In this document: piece by piece, positions 52,610 to 64,000 of the stretch
Position numbering within the stretch: position 1 is the stretch's first letter
Layout: each line of letters starts with the position of its first letter
Origin: Gracilinanus agilis
Taxonomy: Eukaryota
DNA: 64,000 nt
Assembly (NCBI RefSeq): GCF_016433145.1
Contig: NC_058131.1
Span: forward strand, 642,406,862 to 642,470,861
Direction of reading: 5' to 3'
The notes under the pieces: model-generated
What the model saw: only the letters and a program-made list of their open reading frames with translations
Database searches by the model: none
What the model was told of the DNA's origin: nothing
Program-made: the position numbers and the translations under genes

Positions 52610-53533
52610 AGATATACCTTGGGCACTGGAAATTTTAATAGGCCTGGCAACAGTGTGAAGATCTACTATAGACTTCATAACAAAATTTCATGAACACTAG
52701 GCACCCACAACTTCTCATCTTGTGTGCAATTCTAGTTCAGTCTTTCCATAAATCCTCTCCAGAAAAGCTGAACAAAGCATTTACTGCCAGTCTTCTTAAG
52801 ATTTATAGATAACAGTGCACTCCTGGTGCATCTCTCCTCCCTCAGTCTTGCTCCCCCAGTGTCCCCACTTCTCTCTAATCCCATGGATAGATAGATAATT
52901 GACATCCTCCGTCTTATACAACATAGAGCTTTGAAACCTACCAAGATATTCCAGTCTACAAAAGAATTGCTGCTGCAAGGCAGCCTGAAATTACTAGAGC
53001 CACCAGGTGGTCCAGCTGATTTAAATAGTTTGCATTTCTGAGGTCAGGTCTGAAAATAACTGAATCCCTGGCTCACCATGCAAATTACTTGCTAAACCTA
53101 CCCTTCGGGGGAAAAGAAATTAGTTTCTAAGTCTATAATGTTATCTTCTATTATTTAAAACAGGAAGACAAATATTTAACACATAAATTTACATAACTAA
53201 GGATTTTAAGATATGACTTGGAGAAGTCATAGAAAAATTCACTTTGAAATCAATGCCACACAGCATCACCATCTAACCTTTCTTCTTAATCAAGGGAAGG
53301 ATGAGCAGTAGGAATTACTAACTTACTCCACAACTGAAAGTTTTCATCAGTTCTATTACTTTTGAATATGGTTTTTGTCAAGTTGAAGGACAGATATAAT
53401 GACTAGAAGAGATTTTTTTGGTATAGGCACATTCTAGTTATATATACATGTATATCACAGGAGTTCTTAAAGACTTTGTTGTGAGCTTGAGTAGATATGC
53501 TCTACAAATCTATTAATGTACTTAACAAACCCT

Positions 53534-53690
53534 NNNNNNNNNNNNNNNNNNNNNNNNNNNNNNNNNNNNNNNNNNNNNNNNNNNNNNNNNNNNNNNNNNN
53601 NNNNNNNNNNNNNNNNNNNNNNNNNNNNNNNNNNNNNNNNNNNNNNNNNNNNNNNNNNNNNNNNNNNNNNNNNNNNNNNNNNNNNNNNNN
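53534..53690. other. Assembly gap (157 N)
   Basis: Run of N. Confidence 1.
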
Positions 53691-54260
53691 AAACACAATT
53701 ATTTTTAATCCAAGCATAAGAATGGCCACTATCCAATCTAAACTTAGGCCACATATAATTGAAGCAATAACACATGTGACCTACGCAAAGAGACAGCCAT
53801 CAATTCTTAATGATGAATAATGAAAAGGCAGTTGAAATCTCTTATAATTTTCTATCCCAATGTCTCAAAAGAATAACTATTCTTATTTTTTGGAAGTTTA
53901 TTCTTCACGTTAATACTATACTTCATCCACATGTTCAAAGACAGGGTCTAGCACTGGCAAGAATAATTCTAATGGTTAAAAAAAATTGCAAAATTCACAT
54001 TTTCTCTTTACCTATCTACTATTTTAGCAAGCTTCTGGGATGTGGTTCAATTTGGTTGTAATAAAGAGTAATGTAAAAGGGGGCTGAAGGGGAAAGTTGG
54101 AGTCAAATTGTGGAGGGCCTTGGACCCCAAATCAAGGAATATTTTGTTCTAAAGGCAGGTGGGAGTTACTGGGAATTCTCTCAAAGCACTGGCTATTTTG
54201 CAAGTTTTACTGAAGATAGAAAAGACTAGAATTTAGGAATCCAATTGGAGAGACCTAAAT

Positions 54261-54601
54261 TGTAAGCATTCAAATTTCCCCCAGTGCCCAAGTGAATTTC
54301 TCTAGTAAAATCAAGGATTTATAGCCCACCTTATTGGACTAGGATTCCTTCTGGTCCCAAACATCAGGAATCCTAGGGGCCCAGGTAAATTTCCCTTTAG
54401 GCAACCCAATTTCATAAATTCTGTTTAATTCAAAAATCTTTACTAAATTGCCTTTAATCCCAATTTGCCCAAAAGAAAAACAGGGAATGGTTATTTGCCT
54501 TATAAACAGGTCTCACAATACAATTCTTTTAATAGTAAACTCTGCAAAAGGATCTGCAAAAGGCATTTAAAATAATCCACCTTACAAAAACTCAATTTAC
54601 A
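54261..54601. mobile_element. Possible short solo-LTR remnant
   Basis: Begins tgtaagcattcaaatttcccc and ends in ...ttaca. The composition is LTR-like but no TSD was found. Confidence 0.3.
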
Positions 54602-56822
54602 CACTTCCCCAGAACCCATTTACTGTATAATGTGAGGTATCTCAGAGCAAATGAATAATGGAACCTTCGTATTCAACTCTATGCATCTTAAATATAGATT
54701 TTTCTCCCTTGCTAGAATGACTGAATATTGTGATTATCCCCATTCAAAAGAATTTGCAGATGCTTGATGCACTCATAAAAGGAATAAATCTAAGAGGGCA
54801 GTTTCAAGGTATAAATAGATGGATAAAACTGACCAAGGAAAAGATAGGAAATGAAAAAGATGAGAAAACCAAAGTACTAAGATCCTTGTAAACCTAAAAG
54901 CACTTGCTAGCTCAGTAACTATATATCCCCCTCGTCTATCGCCAGCTAATCCATCCTTCACTACACTGCTCAAGTGATTTTTCAAATATGCTACAATTCT
55001 GTTCACATTACTTATCTTTTTTTTTTTTTAATTTCGCAACAGCCAAAGCAATTAACTATTAACACTTGACCAAGGTCTTCAAGGCTTCCTAGAGTCTGGA
55101 TCCAACCTCCCATATTACTGACTTTTTTAACAAAAATTAACTATTCCACTCTCATCCTATCTTCACCTGTATACAAGCCTTGGCCCATAACATTCCCTAG
55201 AAGGGCCAGTTCAGATGCCATACGCTCTCTAAGGTCTTTCCTCATATGTTTACCCCGATATAAGTGACCTCACCCTTCTCAAATTTCTCATACTTCTTTG
55301 ACTGGACCTCTCCTTTGGTTGATCACTTTGTCCCATATATATGACATATATGGGCACCTCCCCACCCACACCCACTAGACTATAAGTTTGTTTAGAATAA
55401 GAAATGTCACTTTGTACCTTAGCACCACACCTTCTACGTGGTAAAAGGTTAACAAATAATTTGTTGAACTGATCATCCAGTGCTTAGGACAGTGGGTAGA
55501 AAAAAGTAGGTTCTTAATAAATGCTTGACTACCTACCTAAACATGCATGAGACAATGAGGAAGTAAGCATTTATTAAGCACCTATGTGCCAGACCCAAAT
55601 TTTAAAAAACACCCAGTTCCTGCTCTTGAGGAGCTCAGAGACTAATAGGAGACAACTGTGTACAAACATGATATATACAGAATAAATTGGAGATAATCAA
55701 GAGAGGGATGGCCCCAAAAGCACTAAGGTCCTTGAATAACCAAATGTAAAAATAATTCAATCCTTCAGTCATAAGACAAGAAAGAGAATTTTTCAACAAT
55801 TTCACTTCTATATTCATAAAAAATTTGAACTGCAATTAATCCGGAACAAAGATCACAAGTCATATGAGAGGGGTGAAATCCAAGTAGCACAGAGAAAGTT
55901 ATTGTTGACAAGGAGTTTACTGACAAGAATCATTGAAAAGTAGTGAGATACATGGTTTCTTGCTTGTAGTTAGAGGGAGAAGTATGAATGTATCAACTGG
56001 GAGTTGAAGATTTGAGTTTCAGTCCCAGTTCTGTGACCTTGGGCAAGTCATCTAAGCTCACTAAGCCTTTGGTTTCTTATCTGTAAAACAAGAAAAATAC
56101 TAGTTTGCACTATTCCAACCCATAGGGTTGTCATTAGGATCAAATAGGATAATAATGCATTGTAAAGTGCTTACATAAAATGAATAGTACTATTATAAAA
56201 GTTATAGAAGGAATTGGCAGGCATTACCTTAAACTCATAGTTGATATGGACAGTCCCTGAAGAAAACAAAGGGGGTAAATATAGTGCCCATTTTAAAAAG
56301 GGGGAGGAGAAAGTTGAAAAATACATGGGAAAAAATAGGGCAAATCACTGAGCAATTTGCAGTCACCAGGAAGAATATAAGGTAGAATAACAATCAGAGG
56401 AACTAAAAATAAATGTTTTTTATCTGATTCTTATTTAAATTTTTTTGGCTAAAACACTTTAGCAGACAACCCCTATATTAAGGCAATTTAAACTAAGGAT
56501 AAGTTAGCTCAAAGATTTCACCATAGAATTATTTTAATTATATAGGGCAGTATTTAAGGTAATGTATGCACTTATTCTTTTTTTAAACATTTTAAGAAAT
56601 AGGTCAAGATAGTCTATCCACTGTCTTAGAAGCCCAGTCTCATCTGTTTCCCAAAGGTCTCACTACAGATTAATTATTAAGATTGATGTTCAATGGTATC
56701 TTCTGGACTGCATGCCGATTTCAATTTGGTAGGGTGGTTTTCAAAAAACGCTTAATGTTTCCAAATGTAAATGTTTTACTAGAGATAATGTACTTATTAA
56801 AAAAACAAAACAAAACAAAAAA

Positions 56823-57209
56823 ATCCTCCTGCCTTTTGTCTTAGAGTCGATACTAAGTATCAGTTCCAAGGCAGAAGAGCAGTAAAGGTCCAGGATGGTG
56901 AACCTGCCAGAGGAAACTGCTCCTTTCCCTCTCTATGGGCACTTGAGGACATTTCTCCCATCACTTGACCCTCTGCCCAGCAGCCCAATGTGAGCACTTA
57001 CTCCCTCCCCTGTGTGGGGCTCATATGCAGTGAGAGGGTTGCAATCTGGGCACTAAAGTCTCTAAAAAGTTCACCATCACTGGGCTAAGCAATTGGGGTT
57101 CAATGACTTGCCCAGAACCACATAGCTAGGAAGTGTCTGGCTAAATTTGAACCCAGAACCTCCTGTCTCCACGTCTGGCTCTCTATCCACTGAGCCACCT
57201 AACTGCCCC
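56823..57209 (-). mobile_element. MAR1/SINE1-like CORE-SINE interrupted by the hAT element
   Basis: The tRNA-like head (ggggcagttaggtggctcagtgg on the minus strand) is at 57209 and the 3' tail is near 56823. The body is split at the gtaagggctaggc motif. Confidence 0.82.
56891..57082 (-). mobile_element. Internally deleted copy of the same hAT family, nested in a SINE
   Basis: Ends are caggatggtgaacct and aagttcaccatcactg. The reverse complement shares ccccacacaggggaggga...cattgggctgctggg...aatgtcctca with 52125-52609. Confidence 0.82.
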
Positions 57210-58099
57210 AATAATGTATTTATTAATACCTATACATGGAAGCAAAATCAATACAGATGAGATTATGATTCCACTGACGTGTAAAAGTATATGGAAATTA
57301 AGGAAAATCTACTTGATAGGGGTAATCTTGGTCTAAGTTTGCACAGAGTGGTTGGGCATTTATCTTTCAAAAATCATAAAGCTTCAGAAGAATAAATGAA
57401 TAAGAGTTGTGAAATAAAGTGAACTGAAGTTATATAAAGTAAATTAATATAATCATATCAAGAGAAAAATGACTAAATTATGAGATTGAATTGTTAAAAA
57501 ATATCAAATTTACCCATACCAACAATGGCTCTGGGAAGATGGAGTCATTCTGTAGCAATTGGTTTCTGTTGGGCAGTAGTAGCAAACCATGTAGATGAGA
57601 GTTCAGTAGAAAGTAAGTTCCTTGAAAGCACGAACTGTCTCACTTTTTTTTATATTCTCAGCACTTAATACGGCACTTTATACTTTCAAAGGTACTTGAT
57701 AAATGTTTGATGGGTTGAAGGAGAAAGCAATAGGCATAAAACTCACACTTCTGATTCTAACATGGAGTAATCTCATTTGCAAACTAGAAAACAGATGCAC
57801 CAATCGTTTTTCAGATTTGGAAGAAATCCTTCTGTGATTTTCATATCTGAAACCAAATTCCTGGTAGAGTTCTTAGAGCAAAGGTATAGTTTTAACATCA
57901 TCAACACTATGTGAAGGTACCCACCATAACCATATTCCCTTAATAGCTCTAGAGGTCAGAAGAACACGTAAGACTACTTGCTGATCTTATATTCTGGATA
58001 GCTTATTAGGGATATCTTTGAGCCTATAGCTAACTCTACCCTGTCAATATGGTTAAGGATCAAAGCACTCTCCTTAGTCTAGGATAAATTATTTTAATC

Positions 58100-58520
58100 A
58101 CTACCTTATAGCCAATAGTATTGCCCTCCTTGTTGTTCCTTGAACCACTGACTCCATCTCCCCATTCCAAGCATATCCAAGCATATCCATTGATTTTTCC
58201 ATTGGCATTTCATGTCTCCCATTTCTATATGTCCCCCAGGCCTGGAAAGCTCTCCCATATATCTCTCCAACTCCTGGTTTATCTGGCTCCCTTCAAGTCC
58301 CAGCTAAAATCCTACCTTCTGCAAGAACCCTCCCCTGATCCCTCTTAATACTAATACCTTCTCTCTGTTGATTATGGTTGAGTTTATTGGGTCCATAGCT
58401 GGTTTACACATATTATTTGCATACTGTCTCCTTGAGAATGGGGACTGTCTTTGCCTTTCTTAAAATCCTCAGTACTTGGCAAAGTGCCTGGCACATAGTA
58501 GGAACTTAATAAATATTAAC
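58100..58520 (+). mobile_element. L2 3' end
   Basis: Contains ttcaagtcccagctaaaatcctacctt and the terminal agtgcctggcacatagtaggaacttaataaat. Confidence 0.8.
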
Positions 58521-60121
58521 TTATTGGGTTCAATGATTGTATTCAACCTCTAGAATTAAGTTCTTGGAAGAAATCCACAATCAAGAATCAGTGATGAAAA
58601 ATGCTCCTCACCACCTGACAGAGGTAATGGATTCAAGATGTCGAATAAAATGTACATTTTTAGATATGGCCAATTTGGAAATTTATTTTACTTGATTGTG
58701 CATATTTGTTACAAAGGTGATTTTCTTCTTTCTTAATGGAGGAATGAAAGGTGAAAGGAAAAGAAAATAAATGCTTATTAATTGAAAAACTTTTCTTAAA
58801 GGTTGTTATATCACAGCCTCCAGACAAAAACACAAGATAGTTTTCAACTCCACAACACCACCACATTAACATTAAGTAGCTCTAAAAACACAGGATTTTC
58901 CCTTTAAAATCTCCAAACTTATGCAACTTTTGACCTATATCCAATCTGCCACTGGCCCAAACCAAATTTATATTAAGCCAAACCCCACATCAAGCCAAAA
59001 GAATTGTGACAAGTTTTAGAGTATCCAAATAAACTCACTAATTCACATGAAAATTGCATCAGAAGGAGAAAAAAAATAACATAACTGGCAAGCCCAGCTT
59101 GACCCATGGAATAGCAATGATGATGGACCCAAGTATCATGGTGTCTCACAGAAAACAACAAACCAGAAATCACAAAGTCTAAGTCCCAGTTCTACAATTG
59201 CTAGTCCATTTTGTGATCTCAGCAAGGCAGTTAACCTTTCCTGCACCTGTTTCCTCTTCTCAGAGGATCAGAGATTTAGAAACAAGAAAAGACCTTAGAT
59301 GCCATCTAGTATGACATCTCATTTTACAAGAGTGGAAACTATGGCTCAGAGAAGTTAATAATTTGCTCAAGGTCACACAGTTAGTAAGCGGTATAAGAAG
59401 GATCTGAACCTGTCATCTGACTCCCAATAGAGCATATATTTAGTCCATTTTACCAAACATCTTTCTACCTATAAAAGGAAGAATAATAGGTACTTTTTCT
59501 AACTCACAGAGATGTTGTCAGGAAAAAGAAAGCACTTTAAAAGCACCAAGTATTATATAATTGTCAACTCCAGAACATTCAACTGGTAAATTTTTATTCA
59601 TAACTATTTTTTTTTCTTTTCCAAGGTACTTTTCCCTTGCCATTCAGTATGTGGACTGTCTCCTTGCATTTGCTTCAACAATGTGAACTAAATTTATTAT
59701 CAACCTAACTTAAATTATTTATTATGCCATTGAAAAAATCCTTCTAAATCAATAACAAATTTGATTATTTTCTATAATCTTCTACTTGCCTCTGTATGTC
59801 CTTCATTGTGGCATGGAAGGATGTTTGGTTGTCAAAGACAACAGCAGCCAAGCACTAGGTCAAGCAGATCTTACCAAGCCTGCCCGGTATTTGCTGTTTA
59901 AGGGCCAGCTCACACAAATACAAGGGTTCCACAGACAAGTTAGTCAAAGAATGATGATTTTGTGGTTTTCTAAACCACAAAAGCTCTCTAATATCAAAGT
60001 TCTAGAATAATTACCATTTTTATCAGGGGTAGAGAATGGAGTTTCTACACTGACAAAATGATTGCTCCTTGATAAATAGATTGCCCATTCTATCCAATGG
60101 TAGAGTAAAAGTTGATGTGGT

Positions 60122-60316
60122 GGGCAGCTGGGTGGCTCAGTGGATTGAGAGCCAGGCCTAGAGACGGGAGGTCCTAGGTTCAAATCCGGCCTCAGACACT
60201 TCCCAGCTGTGTGAACCTGGGCAAGTCACTTGACCCCCATTGACCACCCTTACCAATCTTCCACCTATAAGTCAATACACAGAAGTAAAGGGTTTAAAAA
60301 ATTAAAAAAAAAAAAA
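60122..60316 (+). mobile_element. Young SINE1_Mdo-like SINE
   Basis: Intact A box (60133-60143) and B box (60177-60187), a polyA tail, and a perfect 15-bp TSD aaaagttgatgtggt. Confidence 0.92.
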
Positions 60317-62732
60317 AAAAGTTGATGTGGTCTTAAGTCTCCTCTTGATTGATACTTTTAAACAGAAAAAATAACATGTAGTCACTATGCCCCATCTCTG
60401 GCCTATATTGCGAGTAGGATTACCCACAGTCAGTCAACAGAAACTTGTAAACAATCAACTGTTAGACCCATTCAACATATGTGCCACATATATATATACA
60501 TATATATATATATATATTAACATTTTTTAAAAGTCTTATAAACTACTAAGTGGGGAAAATAGTGTTCTAATCTTTCCAACTTAAGTCCTGACTTTGATTC
60601 TGAGTCAGATCCCCTTGACTTATTTCATAGACAAGGAATTAAAGGATTGTACATCTAGAATGAAGAGGATCTTTAGAAGCCATTTCTACTGGAATATTCC
60701 TTAGTATTATTATTTTTTAAAAGCAAATCTAGGGTTGGAGGATAAAGAAAAGATCATAATTCACTCTCAATTCTATCCAGTTTTGTTTACCCACTGTTAC
60801 TAGACAGATCACAAGAAGCTACTATCTCTCCTCTATGCTATGTCCCTAGCATTAAAGCTCTTCCACCCTCTTACTTACTTTCTCTCCCCAAGTCCAATGA
60901 TAACATAAATTTAATTTGGTTTTTACAATAGGGGGAAATAATAAAAAATTTGGAATATTAATACTTCCAGGTTAAATCAGTTCCTTCAAATTTAAACCAC
61001 TCTGGTACCTTTGCCTAGAAAATCTTAAATGGAGTAACGAAGACTAGGACACAACTGAAATGAATGAACAACAAAATGAATAGAATATAAAGAAGTATAT
61101 AGCAAATTGTCACTTAGAAATGGTCAACTTCTTTGAAAATTAGTTATGTATAGCCTTACAGGACATGTTTTAAGGAGAATATCATATTATAAATTTCAGC
61201 GAATTCCCCTGAATATAATTTAATCTTTTCTTTGATGATTTCACACAAGTGTACAGAGTCCCAAGATCCCAGTTAAGAATAGAATGATCTGCTTATAGAA
61301 CATGTAAAAAAAAATACACTGAATATCTATTGACCCTATGACACACTAGAATCTACTTCTGTGGAACAATCCCTGCAATAGGCTGGCCTCCTTTCTCTTG
61401 TGGAAGAGGAGCTAGGTACAAAATGTACATATGCATAACCTTCTAGACAGTTTGATATGACTGCCTTGCTGCATATTTAATTAATGTAACAAAAACTAAA
61501 ATATTCTTTAATCGTTATTCTATCTCTTTAACAAAAAAAAAAATCTTTACAGCCTTTGTCTTTCCAAGATTCAAAATACGATTGCAATTTCCCTATCACT
61601 AATAGTATGTCCAACATTCCTGTCAGCTTCAGTTTACTCTTCAAAGTCACTTTCGTGAAGTTTAACTATGTAGAAGCATACTTTCCCCTTTAAGAATTTT
61701 TTCCTAATGATTTTTTTCTAGTCTTTCATTTCACCTTCATCAGTAAAAACTTCTGTAAAAAGAATGTTAAGCCAAAATTTTTCTCTAAACCCTGCTTAAC
61801 AGTCCACTTTTCAACAGAATTCAAGGCATCAGCAGCATTATTATATTACATCTTTTATGTTCCTGAGATTAAGAGTTTTATGTAGTGGCCAAATGAATCA
61901 TCAGTTCTTTCAGGAAATCTCTTCTGTAATAACATTTTCATTCTGGATTACACTGGTTCATAGGTCATACTGGCAGGCAAGAGGATAGTAAAAATATCGC
62001 ACAGACAGCTATGCAAGGGTGATATCGGCAACTGGCTAAGCATCAGACTAGTTTTGCTATCAATAGGTAAACCTATATCTCTAAAATATGGTTTTGTCAT
62101 GTCCTTGACCTCAGTTGAGTCCAATCAGAAAATATTCCCAAGTCTTAAATGCTTGGTTAGTCTCTAGGACAATTTTATTTTTCATTCACCAAGTTTTATT
62201 TTCTGATAATTTGTTTTAGGCTAATTTTTTAAAGAACAACAAAAAATAGTTTATTTGGCTTTTTTCTGTTTAAAACCAAAGACTATATTTGATTTTTCAC
62301 AAATGCTGACAAAAGAACTCTACCAAGCTGTCCTCTTATGGGGCACATAAATATGTAAAATACCATACTCTCTTTTCATGAGTATCAACCAACATCCAAC
62401 CAGCCATTAATAATTTTATTTATTATGGTGATTTAACAAAAGAAAATGGTTCCAGGCATCAGATCTTAGTATGCAAAACATCTACTGCTCTTCATAATAC
62501 TGGAGTAACAAGCAGATACAGAAAAATCCTTGGGCTTATTGAGCTTATTTGTCCCTTAACACTAGTTAAAGAATTAAGATGGGAGAGACTCCAGCATCTA
62601 CAAATGGGGAAATACCTCTAAATGCCGTAGGGTTGTTATAGCCCTCATTCTCAATACAGATCACACTCAACATTTCCCAAAAGTTGATTTCATTTTTCAG
62701 CAATTTGGTGGTCAATAGATGGCTAATTTTTT

Positions 62733-62930
62733 CCCCAAAAAATTCTTACCTTCTGTTTTAGAATCAATACTCTGTATTAGTTCCAAGGCAGAAGAGTGGT
62801 AAGGGCTAGGCCATGGGTGGGTGTTAAGTGACTTGCCCAGGGTCACACAGCTAGAAAGTGTTTGAGGCCAGATTTGAACCCAGGATCTCCCATCTCTAGG
62901 CCAGGTTCTCAATCCACTGAGCTGCCCCCC
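62733..62930 (-). mobile_element. MAR1/SINE1-related CORE-SINE
   Basis: TSD is agatggcta(a)ttttt. Confidence 0.88.
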
Positions 62931-64000
62931 AGATGGCTATTTTTTCGACAATATATGGCTAATTTATTGATGCTCTTGGATTGGGGGGAGGGGTAGGAAT
63001 CAGCCTATTTTAGCATTAAAATGTTCCCATTCTTACTCTTTCCAAGATGCATGTGAATTTCATGTTTTATTTTTATCCTCAAAAGACAGACTTTTTCGTT
63101 TCTTAGCAAAGAATGATATTTTTACTTTAAAGAACCAAGTCCATATTGGTTTATCAATGACATAATCCTAGACCACATTACTTTCAGGCAATAGAATTCC
63201 ACTGCCTTTTTTCTACCCTGCCCAACCTACTTCAAGGCTGTAATCAATTTCTCTGCCCCATACCATGCTCCCTTCATCATCCCTTTATTCCCATTACCTG
63301 GATGTTCTAATCAATGCTGAGAGAGAAGGCAAATATTGGAGGCCATTTTTCTTAAGTTTTCTGGTGCTGAGGACCATTACAAGGTTCCTTATGTGCATGA
63401 TTTCCCAAGGAACAAAATATTTTATCATTTTTATGCTACAATTCCATAGTGCTACAGCAAAAGGGTAATTTTTCAAGGCTTAATCTCATCTCGAATACTT
63501 AATTAAGAATATAAAATTATACTACCATCCACTGATCCATAAGTGTCAATTTTATTTTCTTTTTCAAGTTTTCTGGGCATTTTTGATGATTTGGTAATTA
63601 GTAATATGTTATACATATTCTTTTTCATAAAAGAAGTTGTTTTGGGGGGGAGGGGAGGTTTAAGAGTCAGATCAAGAATCAGATGGTGGCAGAATATAGT
63701 AGAGAAGGTTGTTGGATCCAGAGGCTGGGTATTAATCTCATGACTCAGATACTTATGTGTTGAGTGCCTCTGGGCAAGCCACTTGTGGCAAATCACTTCT
63801 TGCAAGAAATAGGTCATGAAGGAGGAGAAAGGGATGGGAGCAGAAAATCTGATGAATGACTCTGGGCAAGTCATCTGTCTGGACCTCAGCTGCCTCATCC
63901 ATAAAATGAGTGGGGTTAGGCCTCAAGTATATCCAAGGTCCCTCTTTAGCTCAATCTATGCCTATGATTTCTAGGTTCCTAGATGCTACAAACTTCAGGA

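Larger units (their letters stand above)
1..64000 (-). other. CPEB3: CPEB3 gene body (intron 2 to intron 4; the window is wholly intragenic)
   Basis: Two exons match the recalled CPEB3 protein in the correct order on the minus strand. The CPEB3 ribozyme lies upstream of exon 3, as known for mammals. The large GC-rich exon 2 and the RRM exons were not found in the window. Exon numbering follows human convention and varies between annotations. Confidence 0.95.

Noticed and set aside
52095-52693. Cluster of five overlapping ORFs in GC-rich sequence
   Set aside because: Explained by the GC-rich interior of a non-autonomous hAT element. No transposase motifs are present.
53467-53820. ORFs spanning the second gap (also 32008-32309 at the first gap)
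   Set aside because: Artefacts of N runs. The true exon 3 frame differs from the listed ORFs.
60133-60187. tRNA-like A and B boxes
   Set aside because: These are SINE heads. There is no cloverleaf, so they are not tRNA genes.

Overview
This is AT-rich, repeat-dense mammalian intronic DNA. The SINE families (SINE1_Mdo/MAR1-like CORE-SINEs) point to a marsupial, most likely the opossum Monodelphis domestica; this is inferred from recalled consensus sequences. The whole window lies inside the CPEB3 gene on the minus strand, running from intron 2 into intron 4. Two coding exons are visible. One is the start of exon 3 (DRNRPYDTFNLHS, 32249-32286), cut off by an N gap. The other is the complete 57-nt exon 4 (GRMGINFHHPGTDNIMALN, 17716-17772). 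The standout element is an intact HDV-like self-cleaving CPEB3 ribozyme at 50000-50067 (minus strand), about 17.7 kb upstream of exon 3. This ribozyme is a known mammalian system, not a new one. What I do not recognise as described is its context. It sits 30 nt downstream of a textbook 3' splice site and upstream of a GTAAGT donor, which together define a candidate 319-nt poison or terminal exon with an in-frame stop 9 nt before the cleavage site. The rest is SINEs, L1, L2 and MIR fragments, hAT-type MITEs (one nested inside a SINE), solo-LTR-like elements, microsatellites and two assembly gaps. None of the listed >=60 aa ORFs looks like a real gene. Repeat boundaries are read by eye and are approximate unless TSDs or TIRs are quoted.
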